Below are positions 28,304 to 36,323 of a stretch of DNA of 64,000 nucleotides, piece after piece. The notes under the pieces are model-generated. The model did no database searches. It worked only from the letters and a program-made list of their open reading frames with translations, and was not told the DNA's origin. Made by a program: the position numbers and the translations under genes. The stretch spans positions 13,274-77,273 of the forward strand of contig CAZEBW010000003.1 of the NCBI GenBank assembly GCA_964510205.1. Reading direction: 5' to 3'. Position 1 is the first letter of the stretch, and the number at the start of each line of letters is the position of its first letter. Source of the DNA: an uncultured Anaerolineae bacterium (GTDB taxonomy: Bacteria > Chloroflexota > Anaerolineae > VGOG01).

Positions 28304-28990
28304 TCAATTTGCAGCCTTGGCCTTCGCTGTCTTGAGCATCTCCTCCAGCATGCCGTGGCCGCCGTAGTTGAGGATGGCGAAGGACAGCAGCATCCGCTTG
28401 CGCTCCTCGTCGTATTCCTGATGGTCCAGGATTTTGTCCACGTATCCGCTGGCCTGGCTGGCGGTGACCACCAGGCCGCCCTCCAGCAGCAGCCGCGCCT
28501 TCCGCTCCAGCTCGCCCAGCTCCAGCCGATCCATGGCCTGCTCCACCATCCGCACCCGCTGGCCAGCCAGGGCCACGTCTATGCGGCGCCGGCAGAAGCT
28601 CTGCAAGCGGTCGTACAGCTCGTCCAGGTGGATTTCCACCCCCTCAGAGTCGGCCGTGCCGGGCAGCGGCTTCATCACCGTGAAGCGGGTGCGCACCAGG
28701 GTGGGCAAGCCCAGTCCTACCGCCAGCGCTACCCAAGGGGAATCGCCCCCCGTCCCGAAGCTGCGCATCAGCGCCAGGATCAGCACGGCCATGGTGACGT
28801 TCAGAATCAGCAGGATGATCGAGCCCCAGGTGCGCAGCGCGCGCACCGGATCGAGTTCGAAAGAGCTGACCACCTCGGACAGAGCCAAAACCAGGCTGGC
28901 TCCACCGGCCAGGAGATACAGCCCCCAGGGCACGCTGGCCAGCCACGTCGCTATGGCATTGAATACCGTCATTTCAACCTCCTGGCCCAA
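28304..28990 (-). CDS. Hypothetical membrane protein (3-4 N-terminal TM helices plus a soluble C-terminal domain)
   Basis: Hydrophobic N-terminal half. It overlaps the upstream wHTH gene by 22 nt. Confidence 0.55.
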   Translation of the reverse strand: MGQEVEMTVFNAIATWLASVPWGLYLLAGGASLVLALSEVVSSFELDPVRALRTWGSIILLILNVTMAVLILALMRSFGTGGDSPWVALAVGLGLPTLVRTRFTVMKPLPGTADSEGVEIHLDELYDRLQSFCRRRIDVALAGQRVRMVEQAMDRLELGELERKARLLLEGGLVVTASQASGYVDKILDHQEYDEERKRMLLSFAILNYGGHGMLEEMLKTAKAKAAN

Positions 28991-29256
28991 CGCAATTCCC
29001 GCTGCAAACGCAGACCACGCTGGTTGAGCGTCACCAGGTCGCCTCCCAAGCGGCCCTTCACCTGCCTGACGTCAATCAACTGCTTGTCCTTCAAGGACAG
29101 CAGCGGGTCGTTGACCTCCTCGGGCAGAGAGAAGGTCTTGACCGCCAGTTCGGCCGGCGTGGCTGCCCCCACCTCCCCCAACACCTCCAAAATAGTCCTC
29201 TCCTCGTCCGAGAGGTCGTCTTCCAGCTCCCTCAGTTCTTCCAATGTCTCAGCCAT
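28969..29256 (-). CDS. Small winged-helix DNA-binding protein (MarR/ArsR-like)
   Basis: An acidic N-terminus, then a wHTH-like segment ERTILEVLGEVGAATPAELA...LIDVRQVKGRLGG. Confidence 0.5.
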   Translation of the reverse strand: MAETLEELRELEDDLSDEERTILEVLGEVGAATPAELAVKTFSLPEEVNDPLLSLKDKQLIDVRQVKGRLGGDLVTLNQRGLRLQRELRWARRLK

Positions 29257-29303
29257 GATTTTTTACCTCCTGAATAGCTAAGTTCCTCTATGCCCCTCAC
29301 GTT

Positions 29304-30732
<1,429 letters not shown>

Positions 30733-30737
30733 TCAGT

Positions 30738-31964
30738 CTATTGGCGCACACCCAGTATCTCGACGGCCAGGCGGGCGTAGACCCGCGCGGCGGCCACTAC
30801 GTCGTCCAGACGGATCTGGTCGTCCACGGTGTGGGCGAAGCGCTCCTCGCCGGGACCGAAGCCCACGGTGGGGATGTTGGCTCTCCCCATGGTGTAGGCG
30901 CCGTCGGTGGAGAAAGCCCACTGGCCGATGCTGGGCCGATAACCCAGCGTCTCTCGGATGGCGCGAGCCGTGGCCTGCACCAGCGGGTGGTCCTGATCCA
31001 GCGCCCAGGGGGGATAGAACTCTTTGGCTCGGCACTCGTAGCCCGTGTAGCTGGTGGCTCGATACTTGGTCACTTCTACATTGGCCCGGATTCCCTCACG
31101 GGCGATGATCCCCTGCACCTCTGCCAGGGCTTTGGCCTCGGTCTCGCCCAGCGTGAGACGGCGGTCAATGTAGAAAGTGCAGGCGTCGGGGATGGCGTTG
31201 CGGCTGGCGGCGGAGCTGTCAATTTGGGTGACGGCGATGCTCCCCTGGCCCAGGAAAGGATCGTCGGCCAAGCGGGGGACCAGAAGCTCGACGCCGAAGA
31301 TCAGCCGCGCGGCGTCGTAGATGGCGTTTCTCCCTCGCCTAGGAGTGGCGGCATGGCAGGACTGGCCTCGGACAGTGACTTTCATCTCCACGCGCCCCCG
31401 ATGGCCCCGTTTGATCTGCAAATTCGTTGGTTCCCCCAGGACGACGAAGTCGGGCCGGATTCCCTCTTCCTCGATCAGCACCCGCACAGCCAAGCCCTCG
31501 CACGGTTCCTCTTGGACCACACCCACCACACACAGTTCACCAGCCAACTGGACGCCGGCGTCAACGAGGGCCTTAGCTCCGTAAATCATGGCCGCCAGCG
31601 CGCCCTTCATGTCGCACGCGCCCAGGCCGTACAGCACTCCGTTCTCGATCTGGGCTGCGTAGGGATCGCGGCTCCAAGAGTCGGGATCGCTGACGCCCAC
31701 GGTGTCCATGTGGCCGTCGTAAATGAGTCTGGGGGCAGCGCTGGCGCCGCGATGTCCTGAGGCCGCTTCGCTTACAGTCGAAGGGAGGCAGCCGACGACG
31801 TTTCCGATGCGGTCGCGCCTCACCCTGGGGAAGCCCACCTGCCGCATCTCCTCCGCCAGGCGCTCGGCCAACGCCTCCTCTTGGGTCGAGAGGCTAGGAA
31901 TGCGGACTAAATCCTGGAGGAATGCAGTCAAGTCACGACGATCTTGGGAGGATAGGTTAAACAT
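30738..31964 (-). CDS. M20 family metallopeptidase (ArgE/DapE-like deacylase)
   Basis: The HMDTV metal-binding motif and the GACDMKG block. Confidence 0.75.
   Translation of the reverse strand: MFNLSSQDRRDLTAFLQDLVRIPSLSTQEEALAERLAEEMRQVGFPRVRRDRIGNVVGCLPSTVSEAASGHRGASAAPRLIYDGHMDTVGVSDPDSWSRDPYAAQIENGVLYGLGACDMKGALAAMIYGAKALVDAGVQLAGELCVVGVVQEEPCEGLAVRVLIEEEGIRPDFVVLGEPTNLQIKRGHRGRVEMKVTVRGQSCHAATPRRGRNAIYDAARLIFGVELLVPRLADDPFLGQGSIAVTQIDSSAASRNAIPDACTFYIDRRLTLGETEAKALAEVQGIIAREGIRANVEVTKYRATSYTGYECRAKEFYPPWALDQDHPLVQATARAIRETLGYRPSIGQWAFSTDGAYTMGRANIPTVGFGPGEERFAHTVDDQIRLDDVVAAARVYARLAVEILGVRQ
31756..31785. repeat. Family D mini-insert, copy 2, inside the M20 peptidase gene (encodes STVSEAASGH)
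   Basis: Identical to 25779-25808 over 28 nt. Confidence 0.7.
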
Positions 31965-31989
31965 GGCTTCATCCTATTGAGTCTCAGTA

Positions 31990-32092
31990 GATGGAAATTT
32001 GGGTTCGTAGTGACGACTTTAGTCGTCTGGTTCGGGGGACAAGCGACTGAAGTCGCTACTACGAATCCCTATAGTGGTCAGATTTTCCATCT
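31990..32092. repeat. Family B palindromic element, copy 2 (reverse orientation; TIRs AGATGGAAATTTGG / CAGATTTTCCATCT)
   Basis: Contains GTAGTGACGACTTTAGTCGTC and CAAGCGACTGAAGTCGCTACTAC, the reverse complement of copy 1. ATTGAGTCT is repeated at both flanks. Confidence 0.65.
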
Positions 32093-32100
32093 ATTGAGTC

Positions 32101-32190
32101 TGTAAATCGGTAGATTCGGGATTCGTAAACCCGTAACCTGGGCTGCCCAAGTCCCAGATGACGAATCTACGAATCTACGAGTTTACGCAT
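32101..32190. repeat. Family C repeat element, copy 2 (GTAGATTCGGGATTCGTAAACCCGT...ACGAATCTACGAATCTACGAGTTTACG)
   Basis: Shares the CGTAGATTCG/GATTCGTAAAC core with 30621-30732. Confidence 0.6.
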
Positions 32191-32192
32191 TG

Positions 32193-33626
32193 CTAATACG
32201 CTCCTCGGCCGGCCAGGACGGCGGGCAGGGTTTTGAGGCCGATCTTGAGGTCCATCAGAGGCGACCAGTTTTCCAGGTAGTAGATGTCCAGCAGGCACAT
32301 CTCGTCGAAGGTGAGCTGGCTGCGGCCGCTGACCTGCCAGAGGCCGGTGAGGCCCGGCGAGATCTCCAAGCGCCTTCGGTGCCACTCTTGGTATTGCTCC
32401 ACCTCCGAAGGGATGGCCGGGCGCGGGCCGACCAGGCTCATCTCCCCCCGCAAGACGTTGTAGATCTGGGGGAGCTCGTCCAAACTGGTGCGGCGCAGAA
32501 TTCTCCCTACCCTGGTGCAGCGCGGATCGCTGCGCATCTTGAAAGTCGGCCCTGCGACTTCGTCTTGGTCTGCCAATTGAGGGCGCTCCTTATCTGCTCC
32601 CTGGCGCATAGAGCGAAATTTATAGCACACAAATCTGGAACCATTTTTGCCCACTCGAATCTGTTTGAAAAGGACGGGGCCTGGGGAATCCAGTTTGATG
32701 GCCACAGAGATGAGGAGCAGTAGGGGCGAGAGCAAGATCGAGCCGGCCAGAGAGATGACGATGTCGCTGGCCCGCTTGAAGGCCAGGTTCCACCCCTTGA
32801 TAGCGACCTCCTTGACGCCGATAATGGGGATGCCACCCAGGTCCTCGATGTCCACCCGACTGAGGGCCAACTGAAAGAGGTCGGGTACGATGCGAGCCCG
32901 CACCCGCTCCCGCTCACACTGCCGCATGATGCCCAGAATCTTGCGGTGATGCATCCAGGGCAGGGTGATAATGACCTCGTCAATGGCCTGCTCTTGTACG
33001 ACGCGGGGCAGATTATCCACATCGCCCAGGGCCTTGAAGCGGCCGATGTCTGTCTTGCTCTTCTCGGCATCATCGTCAACGAAGCCGATGACCTGGTAGC
33101 CCAGTTCGGGTTGGGCCACGATGTTGCGCATCAGCTTGCGGCCCACCTCGCCAGCTCCGACGATCAGCAAGCGGTCCACGCCGATGCCTTTCCTCATCTG
33201 CCTTTCCCAGACCCAGCGCTTGATCAGGCGGCTGAGGGAGAGCAGGGTGACGATGATGCCCCCCGCCCATAAAAACATCAAACGGGAATAGACCAGGGGC
33301 CTGAACCAGAAAGTGATCGCGGTGACGATGACGATGCCGGTGGTGGTGCCGCCGACCAGAGCGTAGACCTCATCGAGCCAGGAGGCGCCGCGAGGCTGAT
33401 CGTAGACTCCGCCTAGCTTGTAGGCGATCATCAACAGAACCGTCAACAGCAAAGCGAAGGGTGTGTACACCCCGAAAGGAGCATCGTAGGCAGGATCAAC
33501 GGTGCGAAACCACTGCAGGTCGTAGCGCACCCAGTAGGCAGCGGCGAAGCTCAGATTGATGAGCACCACATCCGCCACGGTCATGATTAGAGAAACCCAT
33601 CGCCGGTACCGCTCAAACATCTCCAA
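32193..33626 (-). CDS. Polyprenyl-phosphate glycosyl-1-phosphate transferase (WbaP/exopolysaccharide priming sugar transferase family)
   Basis: The C-terminal bacterial sugar transferase domain (SLVGPRP, DELPQ) and N-terminal TM segments. Confidence 0.8.
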   Translation of the reverse strand: MEMFERYRRWVSLIMTVADVVLINLSFAAAYWVRYDLQWFRTVDPAYDAPFGVYTPFALLLTVLLMIAYKLGGVYDQPRGASWLDEVYALVGGTTTGIVIVTAITFWFRPLVYSRLMFLWAGGIIVTLLSLSRLIKRWVWERQMRKGIGVDRLLIVGAGEVGRKLMRNIVAQPELGYQVIGFVDDDAEKSKTDIGRFKALGDVDNLPRVVQEQAIDEVIITLPWMHHRKILGIMRQCERERVRARIVPDLFQLALSRVDIEDLGGIPIIGVKEVAIKGWNLAFKRASDIVISLAGSILLSPLLLLISVAIKLDSPGPVLFKQIRVGKNGSRFVCYKFRSMRQGADKERPQLADQDEVAGPTFKMRSDPRCTRVGRILRRTSLDELPQIYNVLRGEMSLVGPRPAIPSEVEQYQEWHRRRLEISPGLTGLWQVSGRSQLTFDEMCLLDIYYLENWSPLMDLKIGLKTLPAVLAGRGAY

Positions 33627-34746
33627 GCTCCATGACTCGACGGTAGACCCGCACCGTCTCCCGAGCTGTTTTTGTCCACGAGAAGCCTTTGGCTCTTTTC
33701 AATCCTCGCTCCCTCATCTCCTGTCGCAGGACCTCGTCACTCAAAGCTCGCCTCATGGCCTCCGCCAGCCCTTCCACATCCAGCGGATCAACGGTCAGCC
33801 CTGCCTCGCCCACCACCTCCGGCAGCGACGACGTGTTGGCCGTGACCACGGGCGTCCCGCAGGCCATAGCCTCCAGGGGCGGCAGCCCGAAGCCTTCGTA
33901 GAGGGAAGGGTAAACGAACAGCTCCGCCGCGTTGTACCACAGAGGCAACTCGCTGGCGGGAATGTAGCCAGGGAACACGACCTCGCTCTCCAGGCCCAGT
34001 TCCTCCACGCGGGCGAAAATATCTTCGTAGAACCAGCCCGTGGCCCCGCCGATGACCAACTTCAAGTTTGCAAGTTCGCAAGTTTGCAAGTTTGCAAAGG
34101 CTTCGATGAGGCCGGCCACGTTCTTGCGCGGCTCGATGGTGCCCACGAAGAGGATGAAGTGCTCCGGGAGACCGCGCTCCGACCGAAAGGCAGCCACCTG
34201 ATCCTGGGCCAGCGGGCGGAAGGCCTCGTCTATGCCGCAGTAGATCACGTCCACTTTATCAGGCGAGACCCCCAGCAGGCGGACCACGTCGCGCTTGGTG
34301 CTCTGCGAGATGGCGATGACGCGCCGGGCCTTTCTGGCTGAGAGGCGGGTAAACAGGCTCAGGTAGAAGCGTTTAGAGCGCTTGAAACTCTCGGGATGCA
34401 GAAGAAAACTGAGATCGTAAACAGTAACCACCGACGGACAGGGCGAGAGCAAGGGCGTGACGAAAGCCAGGGCGTGGAGCAAGTCCGCCCCCTCTTTTCG
34501 CAAAGCGAAGGGTTGCACCACCTGTTCCCAAAAGATCCGAGCCACGGGCCTGGAAGTAGGCAGCCGCGAGAGCTTCAATGTCAAGTCCGAACCCGTGAAC
34601 CTCCCATCGCCGATGAAAGCCGTGTAGCGGTTATCACCGTCCACGCGCGGCAGATGGGTAAGCAAGTTGTAGATGTACGAATTGATGCCCGCGCCCCGGT
34701 AGGTCTCTGTCAGGGACAGCAGGTGGGCGTTCAGGGCGATGTGCAT
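33613..34746 (-). CDS. Glycosyltransferase family 4 (GT-B, retaining)
   Basis: The E-X7-E region YEGFGLPPLEAMACGTPVV. Confidence 0.8.
   Translation of the reverse strand: MHIALNAHLLSLTETYRGAGINSYIYNLLTHLPRVDGDNRYTAFIGDGRFTGSDLTLKLSRLPTSRPVARIFWEQVVQPFALRKEGADLLHALAFVTPLLSPCPSVVTVYDLSFLLHPESFKRSKRFYLSLFTRLSARKARRVIAISQSTKRDVVRLLGVSPDKVDVIYCGIDEAFRPLAQDQVAAFRSERGLPEHFILFVGTIEPRKNVAGLIEAFANLQTCELANLKLVIGGATGWFYEDIFARVEELGLESEVVFPGYIPASELPLWYNAAELFVYPSLYEGFGLPPLEAMACGTPVVTANTSSLPEVVGEAGLTVDPLDVEGLAEAMRRALSDEVLRQEMRERGLKRAKGFSWTKTARETVRVYRRVMELGDV
34063..34097. repeat. Octanucleotide tandem repeat (CAAGTTTG/CAAGTTCG) x4 inside the GT4 coding sequence
   Basis: Four contiguous 8-bp units, one with a T>C change. 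It encodes ANLQTCELANLKL. The unit length is not a multiple of 3. Confidence 0.7.
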
Positions 34747-35006
34747 TTCTTCTCTCGGTAGTAACGTCGTCGTTGTTCATCCAAGCCTTCCAGTAGATCT
34801 TCTATGCTCAGCCCAGCCTCCTGGCGCAGACGCTCGATCTCCGCCGCCAACTTGGGCACCAGGGACACCTTGGGGGTCACGAAAAAGGCCCCGTCCAGGT
34901 CAATGAGAGTCAGGGTATCTCCAGCCTCCAGGCTGTGGCGCTGACGTAGTTTGGCGGGCAGGGTGATCACCCCCCGTTGGCGGATTTGGATGGTATTGGC
35001 TTCCAT
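34731..35006 (-). CDS. AbrB/MazE/SpoVT-family DNA-binding protein (solitary antitoxin-like regulator)
   Basis: QIRQRGVITLPAKLRQRHSLEAGDTLTL is a swapped-hairpin AbrB-type motif. The start at 35006 has an AAGGAGG SD. It overlaps the GT4 gene by 16 nt. Confidence 0.6.
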   Translation of the reverse strand: MEANTIQIRQRGVITLPAKLRQRHSLEAGDTLTLIDLDGAFFVTPKVSLVPKLAAEIERLRQEAGLSIEDLLEGLDEQRRRYYREKKCTSP

Positions 35007-35076
35007 AAGGCACCTCCTTGAAAAAGAGATGAATTTGCAGAATATCAGCATTTCAGCCATATTATAGTACCGTTAA

Positions 35077-36249
35077 TCATCGGGGGCAAGTCGCCATGAG
35101 CTCCCGGTATACGTGATACGTCTTCGCCGCCACCTGGGCCTGGGTGTAGTGGGCCAGCACCCGCTCTCGGCCTCTTCGAGCCAGTTCCTCCCGCAAAGCC
35201 GAATCGGTCATCAGTTGGGCCAGTTTGCCCTGCAAAGCCTGGGCATCCCCCTCGGCGAAAACCAGGCCCGCATCACCGATGACGTTGGGGATTTCCCCCG
35301 AGTCCGATCCCACCACCGGCACCCCGCAGGCCATGGCCTCGATCAACACCCGCCCGAACTGCTCTTTCCAGTTGGGTCGGGTCAGGGAGGGCAGGACCAA
35401 GGCGTCCAATTGACTGTAATAGTCAGGCATCTGAGTGGAAGGAATGGGCTCCTCAAACCTCACCCGCTCGGCGATGCCCAGCTCCGTGGCCAGCTTTTCC
35501 AGTGGAGCCTTCTGCGGCCCACTCCCCAGGATGCGCAACCGCCAATCGCCTGCCAGACCGGCCACCGCCCGCAGCAAGATGTGCACTCCCTTCTCTTCGA
35601 CCAGCCTGCCTACGTAGCCAATGACGAAAGGTTGTGAAACGTGAGGCGTGAAACGTGAAACGTGAGGCGTGAAACGTGAAACGTGATAGATCTCAGGATC
35701 CACCCCAAACTGCGGAATCGCCTTGACAGGTCCTCGATACCCTTTCGCCCTCAGCACCCCCACCGCTTCGGCGTTGCCGGCGATGGCGTAATCGGCCTTG
35801 CGCAAATTGTAGCTTTCGATGAGGCTGAAGGGGGGCGGATAGCGGCGATGGAGGTTTTGCCAGGTGAAGAAGATGGCCTTGGCTCCGCGCTTCTTGGCCA
35901 GGCGCATAGCTTGCCAAGTAGCCGCGTTGTAGGGCTCCTCGTCAATGTGGACGATGTGGGGCTTGATGCTCCTGAAATGCTTGCCCAAGCCCGGATAGAA
36001 GTGCAGGTGGAAGTGGCCGTTGAGGGCCATCCTCTCCACCACCAGCTCATATCCCTGCGTATGCGCTCGCTCCAGCCGCATCACCCCTCGTTCGTCGCGC
36101 CAGCAGGGCGGCACCACCACGGTGAGCTCCACGTTGGGCAACTTGGCCAGTTCCTCCAGTTTTTTCTGATAGGCGCCCACGATGCAGGCCTTGGAGATCA
36201 TCAGCACGCGCAAATGGCTGCTCCTTTCGGTCTCTGCTATGTGACCCAC
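35077..36249 (-). CDS. Glycosyltransferase family 4
   Basis: EQFGRVLIEAMACGVPVVGSDSGE. The start is uncertain: it could be the downstream MISKACIV. Confidence 0.75.
   Translation of the reverse strand: MGHIAETERSSHLRVLMISKACIVGAYQKKLEELAKLPNVELTVVVPPCWRDERGVMRLERAHTQGYELVVERMALNGHFHLHFYPGLGKHFRSIKPHIVHIDEEPYNAATWQAMRLAKKRGAKAIFFTWQNLHRRYPPPFSLIESYNLRKADYAIAGNAEAVGVLRAKGYRGPVKAIPQFGVDPEIYHVSRFTPHVSRFTPHVSQPFVIGYVGRLVEEKGVHILLRAVAGLAGDWRLRILGSGPQKAPLEKLATELGIAERVRFEEPIPSTQMPDYYSQLDALVLPSLTRPNWKEQFGRVLIEAMACGVPVVGSDSGEIPNVIGDAGLVFAEGDAQALQGKLAQLMTDSALREELARRGRERVLAHYTQAQVAAKTYHVYRELMATCPR
35634..35689. repeat. In-frame tandem repeat (21-nt unit GTGAGGCGTGAAACGTGAAAC x2.5, built from a GTGAAAC/GTGAGGC heptamer) inside the GT4 gene
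   Basis: Encodes HVSRFTP x2.5. Confidence 0.7.
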
Positions 36250-36323
36250 CTACATTATAACCCACCGACAGACAAAAAGCAAAGAGCGAGCCAGTGGGAG
36301 CTCCTGGTTGACATTTCTACGCC

